Positions 10,801 through 21,641 of a stretch of 64,000 nucleotides of DNA are shown here, piece after piece; position 1 is the first letter of the stretch, and each line of letters starts with the position of its first letter. The notes under the pieces were generated by a model that saw only the letters and a list, made by a program, of their open reading frames with translations, ran no database searches and was not told where the DNA came from. Source of the stretch: Acholeplasmataceae bacterium (GTDB taxonomy: Bacteria > Bacillota_I > Bacilli_A > Acholeplasmatales > Acholeplasmataceae). The DNA lies in NCBI GenBank assembly GCA_050953825.1, contig JBMNNF010000003.1, positions 70,767 through 134,766 on the forward strand, written 5' to 3'. A program made the translations under genes and the position numbers.

Positions 10801-10964
10801 CTTATGAAAAATTAACTGTTGATGCATATTTTGAAAAATCATATAAAAAAGCACTTCAAGCTTTAACTCTAAATCGCACAATAACTGATATGGAATTGGC
10901 CCAAAAAATATTAGATGAATTAATTATCCATAATAAGGGTTATTGGCCTAATTTAAGGAGGTAG
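7878..10964 (+). CDS. Chimeric ORF: lipoprotein with a calcineurin-like metallophosphoesterase domain, fused in frame to the C-terminal ~290 aa of a GH4 6-phospho-glucosidase
   Basis: Lipobox IAAC. Phosphoesterase motifs GDMIQS, GNHD, HEYL, GHINGS. From KILNICDQP onward the GH4 blocks appear (GLNHFGW, PNTYLQYYL, TRANEVMDGREK, GPKP). The GH4 NAD-binding N-terminus is absent. Confidence 0.75.
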   Translation: MKNKQVLKKLILILVISVSIVFIAACNRKATLAITYENGVYGVITNKEVESITANETEYQLERVTDKKIHFNYESHNLDNEYSNSVKINDYIYPLTATKDDQNVFVKNVIVLSGIIIKDEKIVVVIQAGTNNFNTYDNFWLRNIKLSIDGTDIWSEEYTKDEYEGESFKFGSNELTSPYRTGYSDEMSLTFQIPDEFLTHWGIDLNLKDQKIETVTNGFAQSFDNPSYLEIESNLKSGLISESFHLNIKASKDIDFYVTMDQVVIPSDLYFDQNSWSPGTHKILIFATNEYGFSRQIVEEVEFKNYERVIVDQIFDFYETGHNLIAPKGLQNIGVKKTFSNNMTSPFSKVAIQNFIVKVNESNDFVWEGTAPINRTLKLEVYNHKKETFETVSTNKVTESAEVIRLGFNYQNQSDWQKNSELTIRVVSENLNVNVIPDKYIYHITDTQYIVQKGNTGPGIIRDRAVKALNEMRDEVLRGYQNNLIYTMITGDMIQSIHESHEGEWNVFMDEFLSPILSPNHPLGVLTGNHDVGGTSDWYKDGANNFDEHLSYESYGTHLGESKFNEYSWYQESFEDNRSHYDLININGEDYIFLYLGWGSDRFGVHVSSKDIAFGKRVLDENPNTKAILLVHEYLNNRGGRTATGNYLFENLVLKCPNILLVFCGHINGSTYRIDFIDDDEDGITDRQVLQSLTDFQEEENTNGASFIRRLALDFTNNQIGFDLYSPYYKDSDIIVNTHPDIVKKILNICDQPISLLMAYARLLGNINYKDMKPYYFGLNHFGWFTKIIDRRNNEDITQKIKDKIQKEGFYPADMEKRDPSWLPTYSAVKNMLDLDDTYLPNTYLQYYLLRDRSFSHLNPNYTRANEVMDGREKRVYEECQRVISNNSAHDTPALNDLDKQDAHGDMILEIAEAIYQNNNRFYVVIVSNQNKIIENLDEDVMVEVLCELGSDGPKPCHVGKIGTYHKGLIEQQAAYEKLTVDAYFEKSYKKALQALTLNRTITDMELAQKILDELIIHNKGYWPNLRR

Positions 10965-10966
10965 TT

Positions 10967-11716
10967 ATGTTTTTAATTGTTAATGCCGATGATTTCGGAA
11001 TGTCCAAAGGTGTCAATTACGGAATCATTGAAGCCCACAAAAATGGAATTGTAACCTCAACCACTATGATGATTACAATGCCAGAAGTAAATCATGCGAT
11101 TGAACTTGCTAGAAAAACTCCAACTTTAAAAATGGGATTACATTTGAATATGACTTTGGGGCAATCACTAACTAATTGTCAAACATTAGTAAATAATCAC
11201 AATATGTTTTTTAAACCAATTGAAAATCCTGATTATAAAAAGTTTTCTGAAGAAGAAATCTATCTAGAGTTCAAAGCCCAATATAATATGTTTTTGGAAA
11301 AAGTAGGGATGAAACCAACCCACTTTGATTCACATCTTTATGCGCATCATATTTATCCGCAAGCTAAAAGAGCCATTATGAGATTAGCTTTAGAAACTAA
11401 TTTGCCGGTACGAGATATGACAGTTAACGGATTTAAAGATGTTAAATTCTTCGACTTTTTCAAAGGAAATAATGGTGTTGATTTATCAACAATATTATTT
11501 GAAAATATTGATTTGTTTAAACAACAAAAATATTCCGAGTTAATGGTTCATCCGGCCTATGTTGATGAATTTTTACGGTTAAAATCAACATATAGTTATC
11601 CACGAGCGCAAGAGTTAGAAATATTAACTAGTGATGAAATTAAACAAGCTTTAAAAGAAAATAATATTGAATTAATCGGATACGATGATGAGAGGATAAG
11701 AATATGGCAAAAATAG
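10967..11716 (+). CDS. YdjC/ChbG-family carbohydrate deacetylase
   Basis: N-terminus MFLIVNADDFGMSKGVNYGI is typical of the YdjC family. It is adjacent to a GH4 remnant, as in chb-type operons. Confidence 0.85.
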   Translation: MFLIVNADDFGMSKGVNYGIIEAHKNGIVTSTTMMITMPEVNHAIELARKTPTLKMGLHLNMTLGQSLTNCQTLVNNHNMFFKPIENPDYKKFSEEEIYLEFKAQYNMFLEKVGMKPTHFDSHLYAHHIYPQAKRAIMRLALETNLPVRDMTVNGFKDVKFFDFFKGNNGVDLSTILFENIDLFKQQKYSELMVHPAYVDEFLRLKSTYSYPRAQELEILTSDEIKQALKENNIELIGYDDERIRIWQK

Positions 11717-12789
11717 AACTAAAAAATTTAACTAAAATTTATGGAGAACCAAGAAAGAAAGGATTGTTACCTGAAGGAGTTAAAGCGGTTAATAATGTTT
11801 CACAAGTCATTCCTGAACGCAGTTTTACAGTTTTAGTGGGGCCTTCAGGTTGCGGTAAAACTACACTTTTAAGAATGATTGCTGGACTTGAAACGATTAC
11901 TGAAGGAACGATTACAATTGGTGATGTTGATGTTACTCATTTAGAACCTGGTGATCGTGGAATTGCCATGGTTTTTCAAGCGTACGCCTTATATCCACAT
12001 ATGACCGTTTGGAAAAACATTGAATTCGGATTAAAAAACGCCAGAATGCCACAATATGAAATTAACCGCCGAGTTAAAGAAGTTTTAAAGTTAGTTAACT
12101 TAGAAGAATATGCCAATCGTCGTCCCGCTAACTTATCTGGTGGGCAACGCCAAAGGGTTGCACTCGCTAGAGCCATCTCCAAACAGCCATTAGTCTTTTT
12201 GATGGACGAACCTTTATCAAATCTTGATGCTAAATTAAGAAGTGCGATGAGAACCGAATTGATTCAAATGCATGAGCAATTTGAATCAACTTTCGTATAC
12301 GTTACTCATGACCAAATTGAGGCGATGACGATGGGCGATAATATTATCGTAATGGACGAAGGTGTCATTAAACAATCAGGATCACCAACCGAGATTCATG
12401 ATGAGCCTAATTGTATTTTCGTAGCTCAATTTATTGGTGACCCCGGAATGAATATATTAAAAGTGTCTAACGGAAAACATATCGGATATCGTCCGCGTAA
12501 TGTTCATCTTTTATATGATGATATTGTCGTTAATCCTGACGATATCGTCGTGGATGGAACAGTTTTAGCAATTGAAAACCATGGTTCGGAAAGATTATAT
12601 TTTATTAAAACTAAAAATGGGCAAATTTATATTAAAGATGCTCATCGCCAAATTTTAAAAATTAATGATCCAGTTAAATTTGTTGTCAAATTTAGAAATT
12701 CATATGGTTTTTGTGAAAATGGTGACCGAATTTATGATGAAAAAGAGGTGAGAGATGTTTATGAACAATATCGATCAGATTCAAAGTAG
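11704..12789 (+). CDS. ABC transporter ATP-binding protein (MsmX/MalK/UgpC type)
   Basis: Walker A GPSGCGKTT, signature LSGGQRQRVALARA, Walker B FLMDEPLSNLD, and a C-terminal TOBE-like region. Confidence 0.95.
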   Translation: MAKIELKNLTKIYGEPRKKGLLPEGVKAVNNVSQVIPERSFTVLVGPSGCGKTTLLRMIAGLETITEGTITIGDVDVTHLEPGDRGIAMVFQAYALYPHMTVWKNIEFGLKNARMPQYEINRRVKEVLKLVNLEEYANRRPANLSGGQRQRVALARAISKQPLVFLMDEPLSNLDAKLRSAMRTELIQMHEQFESTFVYVTHDQIEAMTMGDNIIVMDEGVIKQSGSPTEIHDEPNCIFVAQFIGDPGMNILKVSNGKHIGYRPRNVHLLYDDIVVNPDDIVVDGTVLAIENHGSERLYFIKTKNGQIYIKDAHRQILKINDPVKFVVKFRNSYGFCENGDRIYDEKEVRDVYEQYRSDSK

Positions 12790-15040
12790 TTATAATTTAA
12801 GGATTCAAAATCAAATATTTTCAGAAGAGGATAAGATTACTGAAGCTAGAGAAGCTTATTTTGTGCGTCGTAATGGTGTTAGGCTCGAATATAATGAAAA
12901 GATTAAAGCGGAACAATTAAAAATTACTGAACTTAAGGTTAATAAAAAATATTTAAAAGAAGAGACTCAACGCGAATATAAATTATTAAAAGAAAAACTA
13001 CAAAATGAAGTTAGACGGATTAATCAAGAATATAAATTTAGTTGTTTAGAAATTAAGGATAATGCTAAATTACATTTACAAAAAATTGAATCTATTTTCC
13101 GTCAAAATATTAATCAATTAATCGCAAAAATTGATGTTAAATCAGTTGATTTGAATGTTAGTGAAGAGTTGGTAATTGCTGATAGCCAATACCAATTAGA
13201 CTTAAATAAACTAAATCGTAAATATGAAAAAAATATTTATCAAGTAACAAAACGTTACTATTATGAGGAAAAGAAGAAAAACTATCGTTTCCGAATTTTA
13301 AACACTAAAAATAATAGCGAGTTAAAAGAAGAATACTCTAAATTCAAACGAAACTTTAAGTTAAAAGAAAAATCTGGTGAATTATTTGATCTTAAAGAAC
13401 TACAAAAAGAGTTAATTTTATCAAACAATTATAAATATCACTTAACTAGTTTATTACATGAATTAGATAGAAAAAAACAAGAACTAATTAACCAATCGTA
13501 TGCACGAATCGTTAAATTAGACGCTTCCATTGAAAACGTAATTACTCAAAGATTACATGAACATGAAATTGGCGCCAACATTAATCGACTGCAATTGGAA
13601 AAGATGATGACTAACTACAAACAATTTTATGAAGAAGAAAAGTTAGTAACTAATCAAGCTCGCAATGAAGAATTAGCAGTAGCCTTAAATCAAAAAAACG
13701 CCAATATTTCTCGAGTTAAAAAAGCTTATGAAACTAGAATTAGTGAATTGAATGAAAAATATTATCAAACGACTAAAGTTAATAAGTTAAAAGTTGAACT
13801 TAAGAAAGAGCGTGATTCAACTCAAATCCAACAACTTAAAGAAGAAATCAAAAACGCTAATTTTATTTATCGTGAAAAGAAATTGATCAATGCTAAAATT
13901 AGTGAAATCAAAAAAGTTGTACAAGCGATTAAATTAGAAAAGAAAGAAAAAGTAAGGTTAAATCAAGAAAATTTATTAGAAGCGAAACTTCATAAAAATC
14001 AAGTTATCAGTGAATGTAAAAATAATATTAAAACCTTAAAACTTGAAAGAAAAGAACACTACAATTCATTAACAAAAGAAGAAAAAGAAGAATATAGAGT
14101 ATATGAGAAATATGCTAAAGAAGAAAGAATTGAACGTGTTAAAATGCGTTTTGATAATGTTGAAAAGAAAGTTTTCAAACATATCAATACTGCCTATATT
14201 TATGCAGTTCCCGCTATTTTTTCGGCAATCATCTTTACTGTATTTCCATTCTTTTTCATGATTATTGGGTCACTCTTTAAATTAGATTTAGCTAATCCAA
14301 AAAACACTCAATTTTTAGGATTTACCAATTATTACAATAACTTTGTCGTTGACAGTGAATTTCAAATGTCTTTATATAACACCATTTTGTATTCAATCTT
14401 TACAGTAATTTTATTATCAATTGTCACCATTGGTATGGCAGCTTGGTTAGCTAAGGACACTAAAATTCATAATGCCGCGCAAACGATGATTTTTACTCCG
14501 CATATTGCCTCATTTGTAGCAATTTCCATCTTGTGGATGGCAATGTTAAAGCCAGAAGGGATTATTAATCAAATCTTAGCGATATTTGGCATTAAAGGAC
14601 CGGGTTGGTTAGTTCAACCTAATACCGCTCTACTCTCAGTGAGTTTTGTGACGGTATGGAAAGATGTTGGGTATTATATATTAATTATTATTTCGGGGTT
14701 GCAATCAATTCCACGATATGTTTATGAAGCGGCTAAGCTTGATAAATCAACTAAAGCCAATACCTTTTTCCATTTAACATTACCGTTATTAACCCCAACT
14801 TTATCATTTGTCTTTATGACTAAATTTATTAACTCCTTTAAGATCTTCGCTCCAATTGAAATTATGACTGGAGGCGGGCCAATGGGTAGTTCAATGGTAT
14901 TAAGTTACTGGGTTTATAAAGTAGGTCGAATTGGATTTAATTACGGAAAAGCGATGGCTGGTGCTGTCATTCTAACTCTCTTTATTGCGACATTTACCTT
15001 TTTAAATAATCGTTTCTTTAGAAGAACGATTAAGTATTAA
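12755..15040 (+). CDS. Coiled-coil-extended ABC sugar permease, duplicate copy
   Basis: Translation identical to 183..2468. Confidence 0.85.
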   Translation: MFMNNIDQIQSSYNLRIQNQIFSEEDKITEAREAYFVRRNGVRLEYNEKIKAEQLKITELKVNKKYLKEETQREYKLLKEKLQNEVRRINQEYKFSCLEIKDNAKLHLQKIESIFRQNINQLIAKIDVKSVDLNVSEELVIADSQYQLDLNKLNRKYEKNIYQVTKRYYYEEKKKNYRFRILNTKNNSELKEEYSKFKRNFKLKEKSGELFDLKELQKELILSNNYKYHLTSLLHELDRKKQELINQSYARIVKLDASIENVITQRLHEHEIGANINRLQLEKMMTNYKQFYEEEKLVTNQARNEELAVALNQKNANISRVKKAYETRISELNEKYYQTTKVNKLKVELKKERDSTQIQQLKEEIKNANFIYREKKLINAKISEIKKVVQAIKLEKKEKVRLNQENLLEAKLHKNQVISECKNNIKTLKLERKEHYNSLTKEEKEEYRVYEKYAKEERIERVKMRFDNVEKKVFKHINTAYIYAVPAIFSAIIFTVFPFFFMIIGSLFKLDLANPKNTQFLGFTNYYNNFVVDSEFQMSLYNTILYSIFTVILLSIVTIGMAAWLAKDTKIHNAAQTMIFTPHIASFVAISILWMAMLKPEGIINQILAIFGIKGPGWLVQPNTALLSVSFVTVWKDVGYYILIIISGLQSIPRYVYEAAKLDKSTKANTFFHLTLPLLTPTLSFVFMTKFINSFKIFAPIEIMTGGGPMGSSMVLSYWVYKVGRIGFNYGKAMAGAVILTLFIATFTFLNNRFFRRTIKY

Positions 15041-15057
15041 CAAAGGAGGAGTATTTA

Positions 15058-16095
15058 ATGGACCGAGAAGAAATTTTACAAAAAGCTAATCTTCCTGAAG
15101 AAGGAGCTTATTATACTCCAATTATTAAAGAGTTAACCCATCAAGAGATTAAACGAGCTCGAATTAAACATCGCGTTAAATATGTGTTAAAGATTTTAAA
15201 CTATTTATTACTATTAGTAGTCGGAGCTTCATTTGTCTATCCATTTATTTGGATGTTTTCGATGTCATTAAGAACGATTGCGGAAGCTAACCTATTCTCT
15301 CCCAATTTGATTGTGACCAATCCGCAATGGGGTAACTATTTAGAAGCTTGGAAACGAGCTAAGTTTAGTAAGTATTTAGGCAATTCCATTATGTATGCAG
15401 TATTAGTTTTAGGATTGCAATATTTCTTTATTATTCCGATTGCTTATGCGTTAGCTAGAATGGAATTTAAAGGTCGTAAGACATTATTTATTATTAAACA
15501 AATCGGTATGATGTTACCAATGGAGGCAACCTTAATCCCAGTTTATTTTCTATATGCGAGAATCGGTCTAGTTGATACTTGGACGGGATTAATTTTACCA
15601 AGTTTATTTTCAATGTTTGGTATTTACATGTTTATGAATCACTTTAAGACAGTACCAAATGAGATTGTCGAATCAGCTAAATTGGATAAAGCTAAAAATA
15701 GAACCATCATGATTCGAATTATGGTTCCATACATTTTACCAACTTTTATTACCCACTTTATTTTAACGTTTATTTCTAATTGGAACAGTTATTATTGGGT
15801 CTTAGTTATGACTTCAAGCGAAAGATTAAAAACCCTTCCAGTAGCCATTACCGGACTTTTAAGAGCGGAAGGAATTACCCAACCATGGCATTTAGCGATG
15901 GCTGGTAACATTTTACAACTAGCACCAATTCTATTAATGTATATTTTTGGTAACCAACAAGTTAAGCGAGCGATGATTGGTGGTAGAAAAATTAAATTTG
16001 CTGGATCAAGAAATAAAAAATCATTATTCAAACGAATTAAAGAAAAAATTGCTAAATCCAAAACTCAAATTACTTATGTTGAAAGGAAGGAATAA
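15058..16095 (+). CDS. ABC sugar permease (MalG type), duplicate copy
   Basis: Translation identical to 2486..3523. Confidence 0.9.
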   Translation: MDREEILQKANLPEEGAYYTPIIKELTHQEIKRARIKHRVKYVLKILNYLLLLVVGASFVYPFIWMFSMSLRTIAEANLFSPNLIVTNPQWGNYLEAWKRAKFSKYLGNSIMYAVLVLGLQYFFIIPIAYALARMEFKGRKTLFIIKQIGMMLPMEATLIPVYFLYARIGLVDTWTGLILPSLFSMFGIYMFMNHFKTVPNEIVESAKLDKAKNRTIMIRIMVPYILPTFITHFILTFISNWNSYYWVLVMTSSERLKTLPVAITGLLRAEGITQPWHLAMAGNILQLAPILLMYIFGNQQVKRAMIGGRKIKFAGSRNKKSLFKRIKEKIAKSKTQITYVERKE

Positions 16096-16098
16096 CAT

Positions 16099-17532
16099 AT
16101 GAAAAAAATATTTTCTAGTTTTATAGCATTATTATTACTAATAGTTTTAGTTGGGTGTATTCAACCAACATCTGATGATATTCCCAATGGAGAAATCTTT
16201 GATGAAACTAAAACCTGGGAAATGTATGGCGATGGACATTTAGTTAATCGTGATATTGAAATTGAATATTGGCACGCTAATTCAGCACTAGATATTCAAG
16301 GTAAAACGATGGCGCGAATGGTTGAAGAATTTAATACTTACCAACAAGAAACATATCCAGGAAGTGCCATTACGGTCAAATTAACTTTTACCAATGGTTA
16401 TATTCCGATGAATCAAAAATTGCAAGCCGGTTTATTGGGTAATACCAACCCAGAAATTGCAATGGTTGGAGTTTCATCAATGGCTCTTTATCACAGTAGT
16501 GCCATTGATATGAGAGAAATTTTCACATACGATGAAATTAGAGATATTTTTCCTGGCTTTTTACAATTTGCGATGTATCGTGATAAATTTGTCGCCTATC
16601 CATATTTTGCCGCTTCCAATGTCATGGTATTAAACCGAACATTATTAAAGAGAACAGGTATGCATATTCCAACAGTTGATGAAATTGTTGCGGATCCAGA
16701 AAATTCAATTTGGACTTGGGATTATTTACGCGAAGTCTTAGAAGCGGTTCGCGCTTTACCGGATGCGAAAGAGAAAAATTTATATGGATTAGCGACTAAT
16801 GGAATTCCATTATATGAGTCATTTTTCTCACACGGAGAAGCGCCTTATACTCAAGGGGCAACCCAAGTCGCCTTTACTAAAAAAACTGCGACTAAAATCT
16901 TTAAATATTGGCAAGACATGGCTAAAGATGATTTATTTGAAAATCCAGTGATTGACCCACAACACCATAACCAAATTAAAGGTAAATATATCAACGGTCA
17001 ATATGGAATTATGATTGCCTCATCATCAATGGTGTTAGATATGCATAATTCATTAAGAGATCCAGAAACTGGTGAATTATCGTTTGAAGCTGATGTATTA
17101 CCACATCCAAAAGAAAAATACTTTTATTCTAACCACAGCGGTGGTGGGTTAATTTTATTTAATAATAAAAATCAAACTAAAAGAAGTGCCGCTGTTGAAT
17201 TTTTAAGATGGCTTCAAGCTCCTGAACAACAAGTTGAGTTTTCAACTAATGCCGGATATTTAATTACTACTTATTCTGCCCAAAATACTCAAAAGTGGAA
17301 AGATTTTACTAGAGATGTTAACCCAACGATGGATGAAGTTTTAAAGATGATGGAATTTACTCCACAAGGCGGTTTAAAATTACCAATTGGTCGAGCTAAA
17401 GGTTTAGCTGATGATGACTTTGGTAAATACTCTAAAGGTATTTTCTATGAAAACTTTAAACGTTCACCAGCTGAAGTCGTTGATGAGTGTATCCGTCGGG
17501 TTAATCAAATTTTAGATGAGAATAAGGAATAA
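16099..17532 (+). CDS. Solute-binding lipoprotein, duplicate copy
   Basis: Translation identical to 3527..4960. Confidence 0.85.
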   Translation: MKKIFSSFIALLLLIVLVGCIQPTSDDIPNGEIFDETKTWEMYGDGHLVNRDIEIEYWHANSALDIQGKTMARMVEEFNTYQQETYPGSAITVKLTFTNGYIPMNQKLQAGLLGNTNPEIAMVGVSSMALYHSSAIDMREIFTYDEIRDIFPGFLQFAMYRDKFVAYPYFAASNVMVLNRTLLKRTGMHIPTVDEIVADPENSIWTWDYLREVLEAVRALPDAKEKNLYGLATNGIPLYESFFSHGEAPYTQGATQVAFTKKTATKIFKYWQDMAKDDLFENPVIDPQHHNQIKGKYINGQYGIMIASSSMVLDMHNSLRDPETGELSFEADVLPHPKEKYFYSNHSGGGLILFNNKNQTKRSAAVEFLRWLQAPEQQVEFSTNAGYLITTYSAQNTQKWKDFTRDVNPTMDEVLKMMEFTPQGGLKLPIGRAKGLADDDFGKYSKGIFYENFKRSPAEVVDECIRRVNQILDENKE

Positions 17533-17534
17533 TT

Positions 17535-19268
17535 ATGAGACTTACAGCTACCAATGAAAAAATAACCATTTCCATTGTTGGAGCTGGTAACCGCGCTAAG
17601 GCGTATGTTGACGCCTTAGATCAGCTGTATCCTCATCAATTTGAAATTACAGCGTTATTTGAACCAGATCCCAAACGACAAAAATATTTTCAAGATAAAT
17701 ATCATATCAAAAAAGAAAATATTTTTCGTGGTTATGAAGATTTTATTAAATTAAAAAGAATTTCTGATATCGTTATTATTGCCACATTAGACAATCAACA
17801 CTATATTCCAACTATGCACGCGATTAAAGCGGGTTACGATATTATTTTAGAAAAACCGATCTCAATGTCATTAAAGGAAACCATTGAAATTGGTGAACTA
17901 GGCAAAAAACATCCAAATCAAATTATCGCAGTTTGCCACGTGTTAAGACATTCACCATTCTTTAGAAAAATTAAAGAATTACTTGATCAAAAAGTAATTG
18001 GTGATATCGTTAATTTTCAACATAATGAAAATGTCGGCTATTATCATTTCGCTCATTCATATGTTCGTGGCAATTGGCGTAATTTAAAAGTAGCGGCTCC
18101 ATTTATTGTCGCTAAGAGTTGTCATGACTTAGATATCTTATTATATCTAATCAATAAAAAATCAGTTAGATTTTCATCAATGGGGACATTATCATTTTTC
18201 ACCCATGAAAATTATAATGACGAATTGATGGCACCAAGATGTCAAGATTGTAAGATTGAAGGTGATTGCCCATATAGTGCTTTAAAGATTTACAGCGGTA
18301 AATTAATTAGAAGTGTACTATTTGATAATTCATCAGTTGAAAGATTAAAAGAAGAGTTATCAAATAGCCCTTATGGCCGATGTGTTTTCCAATCAGATAA
18401 CGATGTCGCTGATCACCAAGTTACGATTATTGAATTTGAAGATGGAGTTACCGCAACATTTAATTTATCCGCATTTACTAATAAAATTCACCGCTCATTA
18501 AAAATAATGGGAACTTATGGTGAAATTAGAGCGACTGAAGTTGGAAAAATTATTGAAGTGTGGCCATTTGGCAAAGATCCATATTATGTTGAAGTTGATG
18601 AAATTGTCGGCACTTCAAAAATATATCCAACGCCAATTTATTTGGCAGTCTTTGATCATAATAAGGATTTAGAAGTTGGCGTAAATGATATGAAAGCTTT
18701 AGTGGAATTAAACGGAGAATTTATTAGAAAGAATGTAGATTTTAAGGCTTATGATTTAGTGTTACTCGATTCTAATTTATCTCATGAAACTTTAGAATAT
18801 ATCTTTTATAATTGTGATAAACCAATTTTTGCTGAAGCGATCTCAGTTAACAAAGTGAAAAAATTGGTCCCATTTTTATCAAGAATGCATGCGATTAAAT
18901 GTAATATGTTAGAGGCACTAGCGATTACTGATAAAACCGAAAAAGATGGAGTGAGTGAAGTGATCCAAGCGATTGCCGACAAAGGAGTCAAAGAAGTATA
19001 TGTGACTGATGGGGGCCGAGGTAGTTACTTATTAAAAGATGGTAAACTTAACCATCTTCATTCAACAAAAGCGAATATCGTCAATACAACCGGTGCTGGA
19101 GATGCCTTTTTCTCTGGAGTAATTTATGCCAAAGCGTTAGGTAAAGATGAGTTAAAGTATGGTAACGCTTTAGCGAAAATTACATTAGAAAGTAATAGAT
19201 CCAATAATCCAAATTTAAATAGAAAATTATTAGAAAGTGTGGTATTAGAAAATGAAATTAGACATTAA
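17535..19268 (+). CDS. Chimeric ORF: oxidoreductase residues 1-359 fused in frame to the C-terminal ~218 aa of a PfkB-family (pseudouridine-type) kinase
   Basis: Identical to 4963..6225 up to EVDEIVG, then unrelated sequence carrying the PfkB signature [12 protein letters not shown]. It lies directly upstream of psuG. Confidence 0.75.
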   Translation: MRLTATNEKITISIVGAGNRAKAYVDALDQLYPHQFEITALFEPDPKRQKYFQDKYHIKKENIFRGYEDFIKLKRISDIVIIATLDNQHYIPTMHAIKAGYDIILEKPISMSLKETIEIGELGKKHPNQIIAVCHVLRHSPFFRKIKELLDQKVIGDIVNFQHNENVGYYHFAHSYVRGNWRNLKVAAPFIVAKSCHDLDILLYLINKKSVRFSSMGTLSFFTHENYNDELMAPRCQDCKIEGDCPYSALKIYSGKLIRSVLFDNSSVERLKEELSNSPYGRCVFQSDNDVADHQVTIIEFEDGVTATFNLSAFTNKIHRSLKIMGTYGEIRATEVGKIIEVWPFGKDPYYVEVDEIVGTSKIYPTPIYLAVFDHNKDLEVGVNDMKALVELNGEFIRKNVDFKAYDLVLLDSNLSHETLEYIFYNCDKPIFAEAISVNKVKKLVPFLSRMHAIKCNMLEALAITDKTEKDGVSEVIQAIADKGVKEVYVTDGGRGSYLLKDGKLNHLHSTKANIVNTTGAGDAFFSGVIYAKALGKDELKYGNALAKITLESNRSNNPNLNRKLLESVVLENEIRH

Positions 19269-20166
19269 CAAAGAAGTATTAGAAGCTTTAGAGAGTGATA
19301 AAGGAGTTGTAGCGCTAGAATCAACCATTATTTCTCATGGGATGCCATATCCACAAAATTTTGAGATGGCCCAAAAAGTTGAACAAATTATTCGAGACAA
19401 TGGTGCCGTTCCCGCAACAATTGCCATCATTGATGGAGTAATTAAGGTCGGACTAACAAAAGATGAATTATTATATCTATCACAAGCGAAAGATGTGTTA
19501 AAAGTTAGTAAACGAGATTTTGGCTATTGTGTATCTAAAAAACTAACAGGGGCAACAACCGTTTCGGGAACAATGATTGTCGCTAATTTAGTAGGTATTG
19601 AAGTCTTTGCCACTGGTGGTATTGGTGGGGTTCACCGTGAAGGTGAAGTCACCTTTGATATTTCTCGAGATTTAGAAGAGTTATCAGAATTAAATGTGGC
19701 GGTGGTTTGTGCTGGAGCTAAATCAATTTTAGATTTAGGTTTAACATTAGAATATCTAGAAACCAAAGGGGTTGAAGTTATTGGTTATCAAACTGATAGA
19801 CTGCCAGCATTCTTTACTAGATCAAGTGAGTTTAATGTGACTCATAGATTAGATACACCACGCGAAATTGCCGAACTATTAGATGCTAAATGGCGGATAA
19901 TTGATGGTGGAGTGGTTGTAGCTAATCCAATTCCAGAAAAAGATAGTTTAGACGAAAAACTAATTAACAAAATCATTGAAGATGCCTTAGTTGAGGCAAA
20001 AAGAAACGGTATTAGTGGGAAAGAAACAACTCCGTTTTTACTAGCTAAAGTAAAAGATTTAACTGAAGGTAGAAGTTTAGAAGCTAACCTAGCATTGGTC
20101 TATAATAACGCCAAATTAGCAGCCAAAATCGCTAAGGAACTGGAAAGCGTTAATTTAGATGACTAA
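19252..20166 (+). CDS. psuG: Pseudouridine-5'-phosphate glycosidase
   Basis: Blocks [17 protein letters not shown] and [20 protein letters not shown] are typical of PsuG/IndA. Confidence 0.9.
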   Translation: MKLDINKEVLEALESDKGVVALESTIISHGMPYPQNFEMAQKVEQIIRDNGAVPATIAIIDGVIKVGLTKDELLYLSQAKDVLKVSKRDFGYCVSKKLTGATTVSGTMIVANLVGIEVFATGGIGGVHREGEVTFDISRDLEELSELNVAVVCAGAKSILDLGLTLEYLETKGVEVIGYQTDRLPAFFTRSSEFNVTHRLDTPREIAELLDAKWRIIDGGVVVANPIPEKDSLDEKLINKIIEDALVEAKRNGISGKETTPFLLAKVKDLTEGRSLEANLALVYNNAKLAAKIAKELESVNLDD

Positions 20167-21640
20167 AGATGAACGACAACAAAAAACACCGTATTTTACT
20201 AAATTAAAAGCATATACCGAATCTAAACCAATATCATTAGATGTCCCTGGTCATAAATTAGGAAAAATTAATAATGAGTTATTAGAGTACACTGGACCTA
20301 ATATTTTTAAGCTTGATGCGAATGCTCCAAAAGGATTAGATAATCTATCAAAACCTAAAGGAGTTATTAAAGAAGCTCAAGAGTTAATGGCCGAAGCTTT
20401 TGGTGCTGATTGTGCATATTTTTTAACTAATGGAACGACTCAAGGAATTCTTGCGGTAATGATGTCAGTATGCCGGGCTAATCAAAAGATATTACTCCCA
20501 AGAAATGTCCATAAATCAGTCATTAACGGACTGATTTTAAGTGGAGCCATTCCAGTTTTCATGAAACCAAATATCGACAATAATTTAGGAATCGCTAATG
20601 GTGTTTCATTAGAGACAGCTAAAAATGCAATTTTAGAAAATCCAGAAGCGAAAGCCATCTTTTTAATTAATCCAACATATTTTGGAGTGGTCAGTGATTT
20701 AACTGAAATTGTTAAATTAGCTCATAAACATGACATGAAAGTCATCGTTGATGAGGCACATGGGGGACACTTTTATTTTTCTAATAAATTGCCGTTAGGT
20801 GCAATTGAAGCGGAAGCCGATTTATCAATTGTCTCAATTCATAAAACGGTAGGATCGATGACTCAAAGTTCAGTTATTTTAACTAAGGGCAAGCGAGTTG
20901 ACCATAACCGGTTAGAAGCGACGTTAAATATTTTAAACTCGACATCACCAAGTGGGCTTTTAATGGCTAGTTTAGATGTGGCTAGAAAAACGATGTATTT
21001 TGAAGGAACTAAAAAACTTGATAAATTAGTAAAAATGACGAAAGATGCGAGAAATAAAATTAATCAAATTCCAGGAATTGAGGCGATTACGAAAGATTAC
21101 TTTATTAAAAAGGGTGAATATGATAGTGATGAGTCAAGAATTATTGTCAAAGTTTCAGATTTAGGAATTACCGGTTTTGATGCTTATAATGAATTAAGAG
21201 ACATTTATAATGTTCAACTAGAACTAGCTGAAACTCATCTAATTTTAGCGGTATTAACGATTGGTACGACCGAAGAGGATTTAGATAAATTTGTTGATGC
21301 ATTATCAAAAATATCGGAAAAACATTTAAAAGAAAATCGTGAGCCAATTCATCAAAAACTAACATATAATGAACCAATTTATTATATGAGACCAAGAGAA
21401 GCGTATCATAGTTATAAAAAGTATGTCAGATTAAAAGACGCAACTAATGAAGTGGCCGCCGAATCAATCATGGTCTACCCTCCAGGAATACCAATCGTTA
21501 TTCCGGGTGAAGTTATTAGTGAAGAAATTATTAATGATTTATTAATGTATAAAAAATTAGGATCAACCATTTTAAGTGATTCTGATGGAGAGTTGATTAA
21601 AGTAGTTGATTTAGAAAAATCTGGTCAGGAGGAAGACTAG
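20159..21640 (+). CDS. speA: PLP-dependent Orn/Lys/Arg decarboxylase (Bacillus SpeA-type arginine decarboxylase)
   Basis: Collinear with SpeA as I remember it: [43 protein letters not shown]. Confidence 0.85.
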   Translation: MTKDERQQKTPYFTKLKAYTESKPISLDVPGHKLGKINNELLEYTGPNIFKLDANAPKGLDNLSKPKGVIKEAQELMAEAFGADCAYFLTNGTTQGILAVMMSVCRANQKILLPRNVHKSVINGLILSGAIPVFMKPNIDNNLGIANGVSLETAKNAILENPEAKAIFLINPTYFGVVSDLTEIVKLAHKHDMKVIVDEAHGGHFYFSNKLPLGAIEAEADLSIVSIHKTVGSMTQSSVILTKGKRVDHNRLEATLNILNSTSPSGLLMASLDVARKTMYFEGTKKLDKLVKMTKDARNKINQIPGIEAITKDYFIKKGEYDSDESRIIVKVSDLGITGFDAYNELRDIYNVQLELAETHLILAVLTIGTTEEDLDKFVDALSKISEKHLKENREPIHQKLTYNEPIYYMRPREAYHSYKKYVRLKDATNEVAAESIMVYPPGIPIVIPGEVISEEIINDLLMYKKLGSTILSDSDGELIKVVDLEKSGQEED

Positions 21641-21641
21641 T

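Larger units (their letters stand above)
12573..18610. repeat. Copy B of the long direct repeat (partner 1..6038)
   Basis: See copy A. It begins inside the ATPase gene and ends inside the oxidoreductase gene. Confidence 0.9.

Noticed and set aside
6038-18611. IS element, transposon or integrase-mediated origin of the large duplication and the str-fragment insertion.
   Set aside because: There are no transposase, recombinase or integrase ORFs and no terminal inverted repeats at any boundary. The junctions show only short microhomologies.
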